Source: Bradymonadia bacterium
Lineage (GTDB): Bacteria > Myxococcota_A > Bradymonadia > UBA7976 > UBA1532
Length of the DNA stretch: 64,000 nucleotides
Reading direction: 5' to 3'
Assembly (NCBI GenBank): GCA_046290225.1
Contig: JBKAGE010000078.1
Location: 288,001 to 352,000, forward strand
Position numbers and translations under genes: made by a program. Of the stretch, positions 12,253 through 21,328 are shown piece by piece. Positions within the stretch are counted from its first letter, which is position 1, and each line of letters starts with the position of its first letter. A model generated the notes under the pieces. That model searched no databases and had not been told where the DNA came from. It saw only the letters and a program-made list of their open reading frames with translations.

Positions 12253-13995
12253 GTGGGGACAAAATACCCAGGCCATCTGTTGGATGATCCCTTCGCAGCG
12301 CACGATGCTGCGACTGATCACAGTGGCTTGTCTGATCCGCTTCACACGGATCGGACATGGGATGATCCTGTTGATCCTGGACCCCGCGGTACAGTCCCTG
12401 TGGGCCGTCAGCTCGCACCACGGCCCTCGATTCACCCCCGACACCTGCACCGTAAGGCGACGATTTTCGTCCGCCAGTCCGACATGCCCCGCCTGGCCCA
12501 GGTCGGCCCTCAGCGCCTGATGCAAGAGGTGAAGGGCCTGGGCTTCCAACATGTGGACATCGCCGGTGAAGGTCACCTGGCCTCACGGCACATGGGCCTG
12601 CTCGCAGACATCGCCTCGGGGCGCCTCGGGGCCCTGGTCTCGACCCACAGCGCCGAGATGGGGCCCCCTGACGCGGTCTTGCGCGATCTCCTCAACGCCT
12701 GTGCCATCTCCGGCGCGGTGGTGATCAGCCCGACGGGCATCTACAACCCGAGGCACATGCACGACCGACAGCGTCTCGGCCTCCCGAGCATGCTGTCTCA
12801 CGGCGATCTCAGACACATCAGCAATCAGATCCTGTCGCATATTCGCCAGCCCGCTGCTGCGGGTTTGCGACCCATCCTCCCCGCTGGTCTGCACTGGAAC
12901 AGACACCACCAGGTCGATCTGGATCCTGATCATCAGGTGCGTCAGACCATCAAGGCGGTCTTGGATCGATTCGAACACACTCGAGATGCCTACGATGTGT
13001 TGACCTGGCTGGAGCGTCGGCGAGCTCAGCTCCCCGCCCCGGTCTACACTGAGGGTCAGGCCCGTATGGAGTGGCGCCGACCCAATGCCCAGACGGTGCA
13101 TCAGATCCTCACTGATCCCATGTATGCCGGCGCCTTTGGTCTCGGGCCTCGTTCGGCCTCACCTCATGGGCTCATCGGCAACCCGGATCTGCTCGTGCGC
13201 AATCATCACCCGGGCTACATCCACTGGGATCATTTCGAGCGCAACCAAAAGCTCCTCGGTGAAGAGCGGCCCTACCGCGTCATCGATCTCGTGGCTGATC
13301 AGAGCGCTCAGGGCTTCTCCATGCCCTCCACGCCGACGCCAGCTCAAGCTTCAGGGCTGGTGGATGCCCTGGTAGAAGCCCGACGCTGGGCTGAGGAGAT
13401 CTCTCGTCGCTACGCTCAAGCCTCGTCGAGCAACCGCTTCGTGAAGGCAGAGCTGGAGCGCCAGTGGAACCAGGCTCTGGAGCAGGTGCAGGCGCTCTCG
13501 GCGCGGCTGGCTGCAGAGCAGTCGACGCCCATGCATCAAAACGGCGCCATCACAGCCCCGCTGACGCCCCTGCCGAGCCCGGTGCCTCATCATGGCGGTC
13601 ACATGACACGCTGGCAGCCCCCAGGTGGGCCTCTGATGGCACCGAACGGTGTGCCCAATCACAGCGATCAACGTTACAAGACGTCGAACCCCCTACGGAC
13701 TCTGACGCCGGCGCCCGACATGGACGACTATGACGTGGTGGTGGTGCCGGATTGGGTGGACCCTCAAGCCCTCGCACAGTCGCTGCCTCCATCGACTGCG
13801 AGCCAGCGTCGCCACGAGGAGCACCGCGCTCAACAGCAGGTCGACGCCCTGCTCAACGGTGGAGATGGCCAGCTGCCCCCTGACAGCCTCGCCATCGGTC
13901 TGAACCGCGCCGGCGTCCGCTCAGGGGCTCGAGTCAACTGGACCTCGAACCGGGTACAGCGCGTGCGGCGCTTCAACCGCGAGCGCGACGAGTAG
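12253..13995 (+). CDS. Degenerate large serine recombinase-family protein
   Basis: HPRHLHRKATIFVRQS, DPDHQVRQTI..F, ILTDPMYAGA, HHPGYIHWDHFERNQ, NRFVKAELERQWNQAL and LNRAGVRSG..NWTSNRV are collinear with resolvase plus recombinase domain proteins. Confidence 0.8.
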   Translation: MGTKYPGHLLDDPFAAHDAATDHSGLSDPLHTDRTWDDPVDPGPRGTVPVGRQLAPRPSIHPRHLHRKATIFVRQSDMPRLAQVGPQRLMQEVKGLGFQHVDIAGEGHLASRHMGLLADIASGRLGALVSTHSAEMGPPDAVLRDLLNACAISGAVVISPTGIYNPRHMHDRQRLGLPSMLSHGDLRHISNQILSHIRQPAAAGLRPILPAGLHWNRHHQVDLDPDHQVRQTIKAVLDRFEHTRDAYDVLTWLERRRAQLPAPVYTEGQARMEWRRPNAQTVHQILTDPMYAGAFGLGPRSASPHGLIGNPDLLVRNHHPGYIHWDHFERNQKLLGEERPYRVIDLVADQSAQGFSMPSTPTPAQASGLVDALVEARRWAEEISRRYAQASSSNRFVKAELERQWNQALEQVQALSARLAAEQSTPMHQNGAITAPLTPLPSPVPHHGGHMTRWQPPGGPLMAPNGVPNHSDQRYKTSNPLRTLTPAPDMDDYDVVVVPDWVDPQALAQSLPPSTASQRRHEEHRAQQQVDALLNGGDGQLPPDSLAIGLNRAGVRSGARVNWTSNRVQRVRRFNRERDE

Positions 13996-14001
13996 GCCCT
14001 C

Positions 14002-14035
14002 TTCCACAGAGATGCCCATTCCACAGAGATGTCCA
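14002..14035. repeat. 17-bp tandem duplication
   Basis: TTCCACAGAGATGCCCA followed by TTCCACAGAGATGTCCA. Confidence 0.8.
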
Positions 14036-14187
14036 GTCCTCTGGCTCCACGAGCAGCCCTCTGATACCTTCCGCTACCTCATTTCATGGCTGTCTCGACC
14101 TTCGAGGGTGCGCCCGGGGTCGTCACAGCGAGCGTCTTTTGACCGAATGGGTGGTCCGACCACCCCCTCAGCCTCTGCGAGGTCGCC

Positions 14188-15276
14188 ATGCAAGCGGGCA
14201 TCGTCGGCCTGCCCAACGTGGGCAAGTCCACCATCTTCAACGCGCTCACCGCCGCCGGTGCTGAGAGCGCGAATTATCCCTTCTGCACCATCGAGCCCAA
14301 CGTGGGGGTGGTGCCGGTGCCTGATCCCCGCCTCGATCGCCTGCAGACGGTGATCGCCACCCAAAAGGTGATCCCGGCGAACGTGGAGATCGTCGACATC
14401 GCCGGCCTGGTCCGGGGCGCGAGCAAGGGCGAGGGTCTGGGTAACCAGTTCCTCGGCAACATCCGCAACGTCGACGCGGTGCTCCACGTGGTGCGTTGCT
14501 TCGAGGACGCCGACGTGGTCCATGTGGATGACAGCGTCGATCCCATGCGGGACATCGAGACCATCGAGACGGAGCTGATCCTCTCGGACATGGAGTCGGT
14601 GGATCGCCAGGTAGAGCGCACGGCGAAGAAGGCCCGGGGCGGCGATAAGGACGCCAAGGCCCGCATGGAGGTGCTCGAGGCCGCGCAGAAGCTGCTGCAC
14701 GCCGAGAAGCCCCTGCGCCACGGCGATTGGGACGAGAACCAGCGCAAGGTGCTCCGCGAGGTGGGCCTGCTCACGGCGAAGCCGGTGCTCTTCGTGTGCA
14801 ACGTCGACGAAGATGCCGCTGCTGAGGGCAACGCGCTGTCCGAGAAGGTGGCGGCCTATGCTGCGGAGAACGGCGCGGGCTGTATCCGCCTGAGCGGTCA
14901 GGTGGAGGCCGAGGTCTCGGAGCTGGAGCCCGAGGATCGCGTGGCCTTCTTGTCGGATCTTGGCCTCGAGGAGCCGGGGCTGCACGTGCTGGCCCGCGCC
15001 ACCTACGAGCTGCTGGGCCTGCAGACCTACTTCACCGCTGGGGAGAAGGAGATCCGCGCCTGGACGATCAAGCAGGGCACGATGGCCCCTCAGGCAGCGG
15101 GCGTGATCCACACTGACTTCGAGCGCGGCTTCATCCGGGCCGAGGTCTACACGATCTCCGATCTCGAGGAGACGGGGAGCGAGGCCGGCCTGAAGGCCGC
15201 AGGCAAGCTGCGGGTGGAAGGCAAGGAGTACCTCGTGAAGGACGGCGATGTGATGCACTTCCGGTTTAATGTCTAA
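14188..15276 (+). CDS. ychF: Ribosome-binding ATPase YchF
   Basis: GIVGLPNVGKST, ANYPFCTIEPN, GEGLGNQFL and C-terminal DGDVMHFRFNV. Confidence 0.98.
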   Translation: MQAGIVGLPNVGKSTIFNALTAAGAESANYPFCTIEPNVGVVPVPDPRLDRLQTVIATQKVIPANVEIVDIAGLVRGASKGEGLGNQFLGNIRNVDAVLHVVRCFEDADVVHVDDSVDPMRDIETIETELILSDMESVDRQVERTAKKARGGDKDAKARMEVLEAAQKLLHAEKPLRHGDWDENQRKVLREVGLLTAKPVLFVCNVDEDAAAEGNALSEKVAAYAAENGAGCIRLSGQVEAEVSELEPEDRVAFLSDLGLEEPGLHVLARATYELLGLQTYFTAGEKEIRAWTIKQGTMAPQAAGVIHTDFERGFIRAEVYTISDLEETGSEAGLKAAGKLRVEGKEYLVKDGDVMHFRFNV

Positions 15277-15538
15277 GGGCTGAACCAAGCCTCCAGCCTT
15301 CGGGCACTTGCGACAACGCCGAGCAGCTTGTGCGGGTCAATGCCCGCCACGATCGGCCCTGGACTCGCACAGCCTTCCCAACGACAAACTCGCATGTAGG
15401 GTGCTCCTCCTATTATTCCGGGCAGGTAGGAGGTCATGCGGTCTGGCACAGGAAGTTCAACTTCCGCTTCTCTGAGGCCAACATGCAGCCAGATGCCATC
15501 CGAGCCCTTCACATCTGGCTGGAGCAGGAGTCCGAGCT

Positions 15539-15766
15539 GTGAGCAAGGTCACCATCGAACTGACGGGCGACGAGGCCCTTGTCCTCTTCGAGTGGATCAC
15601 CCGCTTCACCAAGAGGGAGAACGAGGGGTTCGAGGACCAAGCCGAAGAGAGGGTGCTCTGGCAAATTGAAGCCGTACTGGAGAAGGCGCTCGTCGAGCCG
15701 TTCAAGCCCGACTACGACCGGCTGCTGGCGGCGGCCCGAGCAAGGGTGAGGGACGAGTCGAGTTGA
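15539..15766 (+). CDS. Small acidic hypothetical protein
   Basis: IELTGDEALVLFEW..EDQAEERVLW..PF..DY; host-like codon usage and GGAG upstream. Confidence 0.75.
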   Translation: MSKVTIELTGDEALVLFEWITRFTKRENEGFEDQAEERVLWQIEAVLEKALVEPFKPDYDRLLAAARARVRDESS

Positions 15767-16012
15767 CGCAGTCACCAGTGCCTGTGTGAGAGGCGACACC
15801 ACTTCCTTCCAGCAACGGGCCTGCTCCAAGTCAAGCACCTCGGTCTCGGCAGCGGAGCGCTCCCCGAGCCCAGGAACAGCGACCGCCCCCTACCAACTTC
15901 TCCCCTTCGCACAACCGGCCTCCGTATCGCAGCAGGCCATCGACGATCACCTGGTTCTGAAGCAATATGGCGATATCTGCAGCTACACCTTCGAACGGTT
16001 GGGCGAATCATC

Positions 16013-18370
16013 ATGCGAATCACTGGCGTTCTTCTTCTCCTGCTCGCGCTCGCCCCTACCCCTGAGGCACACGCTGACGGGCTGGACCTCGCGCTCAAGC
16101 TCAAGAAGTACTACGGCCGCGGCAAATACATCGCCCAATCAGGCAAGTACCTCACCAACTACAATGACTGCCGTGCACGTGGTGCCACAGAAGAACAGTG
16201 CAGGGCGCTGGCGACCTTCTGCGCGATCCAGGACGCACCCCTCTTCGGCCGATATGCGGGCTTCTTCAAATCGCTGGGGCTCAATCAAGCCTTCAAGCTC
16301 GATTGTGGCAGCCAGGAGTGCTTTCAGTGCTGTTATGTGCCCGGCGAAGGCTGTCACACCTCGTTCATCGGCTTTCCCGTCATCAACTGCAACGCACGCT
16401 ATGGCGAAGGCACCCGCGCAGCCGGGTTGACGCTGATCACCGATCCTGACGCGATGCCGGGAGAAGCCTGCATCTCGATCCCTCAGACCTGCGAGCACAT
16501 CGCAGTGTGCGCCGGCCCGGAAAACTTCGAGACCATTCGAGAGGCCGTAGACGCGGGCGAGGACCACCCAGTCAATGCCCCCAATGCGGCAGAAAATCGC
16601 GGGAAGTTCTTCGCGAGTCAGGTGTATCAGAAGTGGTGTGAGGCGCTTGATCTGTTCGACACCGTTGTCCCCCGTGATCCAACGGTGCCGGGGTTCGACA
16701 CGGTGGTGGACCTGCAGGACTTCGTCACTGGGCGCGGCTGTGTGGGCTGGCGCTCCAGAGTAGGTGACGCCTTCCCCTTCGACTGGTCCGAAGAGTACTT
16801 CGCGATTATGGACGAAGAGGGTGCACTGGTCCCTGCGGCCTCTCACCGAAATGGCCTGTGTCAGTTGGGCGCGTTGCGCATCTTGGAGAGCGTGCCTGCC
16901 CTGGCCGAGCGATTGAGCTTCATCGACTCCACGGTCTGGCCTGACCCGCTCCGAGACGCCTATCTTGCACAGCTGGCCGATCCCGATGCCGCGTTCTCCG
17001 AACACGCCGATCCCATCGTCCGTGACATCCTCGCGTGTAACACGGGGGTCTACGACTACCGCATGCTGGCGGTGCCACTGGCGGACGAGCCCGAGCCAGG
17101 GCGGGTCTTCAACGGCTGCGAGTTGGGAGAAGCACCTCGCATCGATCTGAGCGCAGAGCCGATGGCACCGCGGGCAGTTCAACTCACAGTCGAGATCGAT
17201 GATCCCGAGGTGGGCACCCCTGATGCGGCCCCTGTCCAGCTGACCGTCTTCTGGGGAGATGGCCGAGTTGACCAACTCGAGGCACCCTCTGGCCAGAGGT
17301 CCATCGACACCACCCACACCTATGCCGACCCCGGCCGCTACACGGTCTTTACGCTGGCAGAGAACACTTCGGGCCTCCGTGGCTTTGCTGGGCTGGTGAT
17401 CGAGAGCGGCCCGGGTGAGCCTGGAGAAGCTGAAGGTCCGGTCATCGTCTCCGAAGTGCGTTTGGTGGATGCAATCGCCCGCGCCAACACACTGTCCGGC
17501 AACGCCAGGCGGATGTTCTTTCAAGTCGATGGGCACGACGCAGACACAGGTGAGCATCATCGAATCGGCCTGAGCCCGGACCGTGAGATCGCGTTCAACA
17601 CCGACACCGCAATGGGGACTGTGGTGGGCCACAACACTGGGGCGGCCGCCTTGGACTTCATCACGCTGCGTCCGCAGTGGCGCGACGGCTTCTACACAGG
17701 GTTCCGCAAGGCCTTCATGCACATTGCAGGTCTGGAGATGCACATTTTCGATACAACGACTGGAGACTCGCGCGTCGTCGAGCTGCCGCTCACGCCGGAC
17801 ACTGTACGGGTCTTCGTGCATGACCGGGAGGAGCCGCTCACACCAGAAGAGCTCGTCGTTGACGAAATGGGTCGGCTGGAGCTCTTTCTGCACGATCGCG
17901 ATCGCTTGACCGAGCGCATCGAAATCGACCTGCCTCAAGATCTGCTGATCGCCGGCGCACCGGGCCCGGTTGATGGCCCAGAGGGTGATGGGCAGTGGTA
18001 CGAAGAGCGTCCTGGCCACTTCCTCCCGGTCCTACCCCCCATGGAGATGGGCGATCCGGACATGGGCCTTGAGGGCATGGAAGACGCTGCCATGAGCGAT
18101 GCGGCTGTGAGCGACTCAGGTGTGGGTGCCGCAGATATGGGAGAAGCCGATATGCGCGACGCAGGCATGGAGGTTTTGGACATGCACGTCGCAGCGGACC
18201 AGGGCGATGGCGAGCCCGATGGGCAGCAGCCCGAGGCGGGCATCGGCGGCTCGACGGGCGAGGCGGATGGTGGTGGTGGCAGTTGCAGCACCACATCAGG
18301 CCGGCCCGGCTCCATGATCTGGCTCTTGTTGCTGGCTGCTTCGGTCAGCTGGCGTAGACGCTTCTGTTAA
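16013..18370 (+). CDS. Secreted Cys-rich protein with PKD-like domain and MYXO-CTERM tail
   Basis: Signal peptide (AHA); VFWGDG..THTYADPGRYTV PKD motif; Asp/Met-rich stalk; GGGGSCST..WLLLLAASVSWRRR. Confidence 0.8.
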   Translation: MRITGVLLLLLALAPTPEAHADGLDLALKLKKYYGRGKYIAQSGKYLTNYNDCRARGATEEQCRALATFCAIQDAPLFGRYAGFFKSLGLNQAFKLDCGSQECFQCCYVPGEGCHTSFIGFPVINCNARYGEGTRAAGLTLITDPDAMPGEACISIPQTCEHIAVCAGPENFETIREAVDAGEDHPVNAPNAAENRGKFFASQVYQKWCEALDLFDTVVPRDPTVPGFDTVVDLQDFVTGRGCVGWRSRVGDAFPFDWSEEYFAIMDEEGALVPAASHRNGLCQLGALRILESVPALAERLSFIDSTVWPDPLRDAYLAQLADPDAAFSEHADPIVRDILACNTGVYDYRMLAVPLADEPEPGRVFNGCELGEAPRIDLSAEPMAPRAVQLTVEIDDPEVGTPDAAPVQLTVFWGDGRVDQLEAPSGQRSIDTTHTYADPGRYTVFTLAENTSGLRGFAGLVIESGPGEPGEAEGPVIVSEVRLVDAIARANTLSGNARRMFFQVDGHDADTGEHHRIGLSPDREIAFNTDTAMGTVVGHNTGAAALDFITLRPQWRDGFYTGFRKAFMHIAGLEMHIFDTTTGDSRVVELPLTPDTVRVFVHDREEPLTPEELVVDEMGRLELFLHDRDRLTERIEIDLPQDLLIAGAPGPVDGPEGDGQWYEERPGHFLPVLPPMEMGDPDMGLEGMEDAAMSDAAVSDSGVGAADMGEADMRDAGMEVLDMHVAADQGDGEPDGQQPEAGIGGSTGEADGGGGSCSTTSGRPGSMIWLLLLAASVSWRRRFC

Positions 18371-18401
18371 ACCACACCGCTCATGGTCATGACCCAACCT
18401 C

Positions 18402-19676
18402 TCACACCTGCGCTCGGCGCCTGACATATGTGGCAAAGGCGACAGTGACGCTCAGCCCCAGGGCGGCGAACCCGGCGAGCACCCCGAAGAGGTATTGATG
18501 TCCCAGGGCCCCAGGGTAGGTGTCAGTGCACCAGCCCATCAGCGGCCCCATGAAGATGTCGGGGGTGAAGCCCACCAGCGACACCACACCCGCAGCCGTG
18601 CCGGTCAGTGCCGGCGCGATCCCAGCCTGCTCGAAGATGGCGAAGTAGAGCCCACGCAGGCCATAGATCGCAGCGCTGGTCACGGCGACGGTCATGAACA
18701 GGGTCCACGGCAAGTCGGGCTGCAACCAGCCCAGGGCGACGGACAAATCCCCGACGAGCATCACCGCGAAGGCTGTGAGAATGGCTGGGACAGCCCCGAC
18801 GCGATCACCCAGCCAACCTGCCCCCACGGCGGCGATGGGACGCACCCAGAAGGCCACTGTGCCCACCTCGGCAGCACGTACCTGATCGAAGCCGAAGACA
18901 TCCTGAGCATATAAACCCAGATCGTCGATGGCCTTGTAGCCCGTGTAGGCGGTCACCACGATCAGGCCCTGAAGCCAGACCGCAGGGTTGCGTACCACGA
19001 GCCCGACGTGACTCCACGAAAACCTGCCTTCGTCACGATCGCTGACCTCAGCATCAGGTACGAACACCCAGACCAGAGTCGCCGCCAGCGCGGCAGCCCC
19101 GATGAAGATCCAGATGATGGCTGTCAGAGCACTGGCCTTCTCGGCGGCGCTGGCGGTCTCGTGTGTCCCTGGCAGCAGGCTGGCGAAGGCAGCCACCGAG
19201 GCAGAAGCCAGTACCGCTGCCAGCAGCCCACGCCCGCCATCCAAGATGCCGAAGGCCCGACCCTGTCCGCCGTCCCCTCCCCACTCCCGGGTGGCCCGAA
19301 TCAACGCGGCCCAGAACAGCAGGATCGTGGTGCACCCCCAGATGCCATACAGCACTGTGAGTCCAGCCAGACTCGGCACCTGCACGAAGTACAACCCCCC
19401 GGCAGCGGTGGCCAGCAACGCGGCGGTCATCAGCTTGCGGGCCGAGAAGCGATCTGCCAGTGGTCCGCCCGGTACGTAGGCGATCATCGCCACGATGCCG
19501 TAGAGCGAGAAGGCGGTCCCGAGCTCGAGGTTGGTGATGCCGAACACATCCAGCAACGTGGGCCGGAAGATGCGCGCAATGATAAAAGGCAGACCGAAGA
19601 TGGCCTCCCCTGCGATGATCAAAGCGGCCATCTGGAGCGCGCGACGGGCGCCAGCGGACGATGTGTGTGTGGTCAA
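18402..19676 (-). CDS. MFS transporter
   Basis: About 12 hydrophobic segments; motif A GGPLADRFSARK and GWLGDRVG. Confidence 0.9.
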   Translation of the reverse strand: MTTHTSSAGARRALQMAALIIAGEAIFGLPFIIARIFRPTLLDVFGITNLELGTAFSLYGIVAMIAYVPGGPLADRFSARKLMTAALLATAAGGLYFVQVPSLAGLTVLYGIWGCTTILLFWAALIRATREWGGDGGQGRAFGILDGGRGLLAAVLASASVAAFASLLPGTHETASAAEKASALTAIIWIFIGAAALAATLVWVFVPDAEVSDRDEGRFSWSHVGLVVRNPAVWLQGLIVVTAYTGYKAIDDLGLYAQDVFGFDQVRAAEVGTVAFWVRPIAAVGAGWLGDRVGAVPAILTAFAVMLVGDLSVALGWLQPDLPWTLFMTVAVTSAAIYGLRGLYFAIFEQAGIAPALTGTAAGVVSLVGFTPDIFMGPLMGWCTDTYPGALGHQYLFGVLAGFAALGLSVTVAFATYVRRRAQV

Positions 19677-19711
19677 TGGATCACCGTTGGTGTGTTGGCA
19701 TAGCCTTGGAA

Positions 19712-20335
19712 TTAATGCTTTTCATAGAGGCCACCTACACAGCTCTTCCCACTGCTGGACTGGTGGTGTTTCTTGTAGAGCCCTCCGCAGCAGACCTCAC
19801 CTGTCGGGGACTCATAGTAGGCATCGTATAGCCCACCACAGGCGACCTTGCCGGTATTGGACACGTGGTACGACTTGAACAACCCCCCTGCACACACATT
19901 GCCGGTACTCGACACGTGATACGAGTCGTACTGGCCTCCACACGCCACCTGACCAGTACTTGATACGTGATACGACTTGAACAAGCCCCCTGCGCAGACC
20001 TCTCCCATGCTCGACACGTGGTACCCGTCATATTGACCACCACAGGCGACCTTGCCGGTACTGGACACATGGTAGGACGTGTAGAGCCCCCCTGCGCAGA
20101 CCTCTCCCGTACTCGACACATGATATGAGTCGTAGAGACCGCCGCAGCATACGAGGCCCTCTGAGGTCACGTGGTACGAGGTGAACTTTTTCCCGCAGAT
20201 GGGGATGCCCATGACCACCTGGTATGAGTCTTCGCTGGCCTGAGCCTCAGGCGGAGCAGAGCCATCAGTCCCAATGAAAAGTACAGCGGCCCCCAACAAC
20301 GCCGACACACACCCGAGCACTTTTGCGTTCGCCAT
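19712..20335 (-). CDS. Secreted protein built from nine 17-aa His/Cys/Gly repeats
   Basis: Signal-like MANAKVLGCVSALLGAAVLFIG, then repeats of SYHVSSTGxV(C/A)(A/C)GGxYx. The track ORF 19712..20878 is over-extended; an alternative start is 20371. Confidence 0.85.
   Translation of the reverse strand: MANAKVLGCVSALLGAAVLFIGTDGSAPPEAQASEDSYQVVMGIPICGKKFTSYHVTSEGLVCCGGLYDSYHVSSTGEVCAGGLYTSYHVSSTGKVACGGQYDGYHVSSMGEVCAGGLFKSYHVSSTGQVACGGQYDSYHVSSTGNVCAGGLFKSYHVSNTGKVACGGLYDAYYESPTGEVCCGGLYKKHHQSSSGKSCVGGLYEKH
19721..20179 (-). repeat. 51-bp coding tandem repeat (9 units)
   Basis: Units recur every 51 bp (e.g. GTACTCGACACGTG variants), diverging mainly at synonymous sites. Confidence 0.9.
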
Positions 20336-20363
20336 TCGACTCAGACCTTTCAACACAACACCA

Positions 20364-20897
20364 TCATTCATCAGGGTCAAAGACCTCTGAGGGCTGCAGG
20401 CCCCTGATGAAGGCCTCGAAAGACTCGGCCACGAAGGTGACCTTGAAGTTGAAGTCCTGATCCACGTGTACGACCTGGGGCTCGCCATCAGGACCACACT
20501 CACGATAGTCGAGGGCCAGCATGTCGTGCCCTGCAGATGGGCAGCTCGCGAAGTAGATCCCCAATGGGGGGTAATTCCACTCTTCGATCCAGAAGTGGCT
20601 GCCTGATGAACCTCCCAGCGAGTACATCTCCGTATCCCCGATGGCGAAGATGCCCTCGATGGCGATGTGGTCCTGCGCCCATGATGTCCGGCTCCCAGTC
20701 GCATGACGCCTGCGCTTCGGCATGCCCCCATTCTGACTTCGAGCGAGGGCGACGTATGCAGCAGGCAGACGGTAGCCCAAGAGGCGTTCCAATCTCTGTA
20801 CGGTCTCTTCAGTGGGCGCCGCTTCAGTGTAGTCAGATCGCGTCCAGTCTTCTGGGCTCCAGAAGTCAGCCAGCTCAAAGCCCTCGAATGTCGTCAT
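20364..20897 (-). CDS. SMI1/KNR4 (SUKH) family protein
   Basis: LERLLGYRLPAAYV..QNGG, CPSAGHDMLALDYRECGPDGEPQVVHVDQ and AESFEAFIRGL. Confidence 0.92.
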   Translation of the reverse strand: MTTFEGFELADFWSPEDWTRSDYTEAAPTEETVQRLERLLGYRLPAAYVALARSQNGGMPKRRRHATGSRTSWAQDHIAIEGIFAIGDTEMYSLGGSSGSHFWIEEWNYPPLGIYFASCPSAGHDMLALDYRECGPDGEPQVVHVDQDFNFKVTFVAESFEAFIRGLQPSEVFDPDE

Positions 20898-20989
20898 CCT
20901 TCACCTCATCGCCATGAAAAACTCATTGTGCGTCCATGTTGTATGCCGCCACCTCCAAACTCAACGTCAGCTGAAAAAGCGCCCCCACA

Positions 20990-21017
20990 TTTGCACAATT
21001 GCGCAAACATGCATAAT
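20990..21017 (+). promoter_or_regulatory. Palindromic operator overlapping the promoter of the ArsR-metallothionein operon
   Basis: TTTGCACAA/TTGCGCAAA (20990-21007, one mismatch) over a TTGCAC -35-like hexamer; CATAAT -10 at 21012-21017. Confidence 0.7.
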
Positions 21018-21025
21018 CTACCTCG

Positions 21026-21328
21026 GTGAACAACGAAGCCCTACGAGAACTGGCCGATCTCTTGAAGGCATTGGGTGAGGTCAACAGACTCTCGCTGGTG
21101 TGCAGGCTCTGCGAATGCAGATCGCCCCAAAACGCGATGTGTTTGTGTGACTGCTGCAATGTCGATGCCTCGGGTGTCTCCCGACACCTCAAGGTCCTTA
21201 CTCAGGAGGGCATCCTGAGTGTGGAGAAGCGTGGTCGAGAGAGAAACTACTCACTGAACCGGGCCTATGTGGCTCAACAATTACGCGTGCTCGCGGACAA
21301 GATCGAGCATGATACGGAGGCATCATGA
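21026..21328 (+). CDS. ArsR/SmtB metalloregulator with 7-Cys cluster
   Basis: LKALGEVNRL..SGVSRHLKVL..G..EKRGRERNYSL winged HTH; CRLCEC..CLCDCC. Confidence 0.92.
   Translation: MNNEALRELADLLKALGEVNRLSLVCRLCECRSPQNAMCLCDCCNVDASGVSRHLKVLTQEGILSVEKRGRERNYSLNRAYVAQQLRVLADKIEHDTEAS

Noticed and set aside
14000..14030. DnaA boxes / replication origin
   Set aside because: Only two imperfect TTCCACA matches, with no AT-rich unwinding element or dnaA context.
12253..15276. Active prophage or integrative element at the recombinase
   Set aside because: No phage, conjugation or transposition genes and no flanking att repeats were seen; the enzyme looks degenerate.
15330..15669. ORFs 15330..15542 and 15436..15669, and hairpin CCTCCTA/TAGGAGG
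   Set aside because: No recognisable protein features, and the second ORF overlaps the better ORF at 15539; the hairpin alone is insufficient evidence.
19721..20179. 51-bp periodic repeat as a CRISPR array or DGR template/variable repeat
   Set aside because: No unique spacers, variation is codon-structured within an open frame, and no cas or reverse transcriptase gene is present.
20336..20878. N-terminal half of track ORF 19712..20878
   Set aside because: It overlaps the SMI1/KNR4 gene in another frame; the signal peptide begins at 20335.
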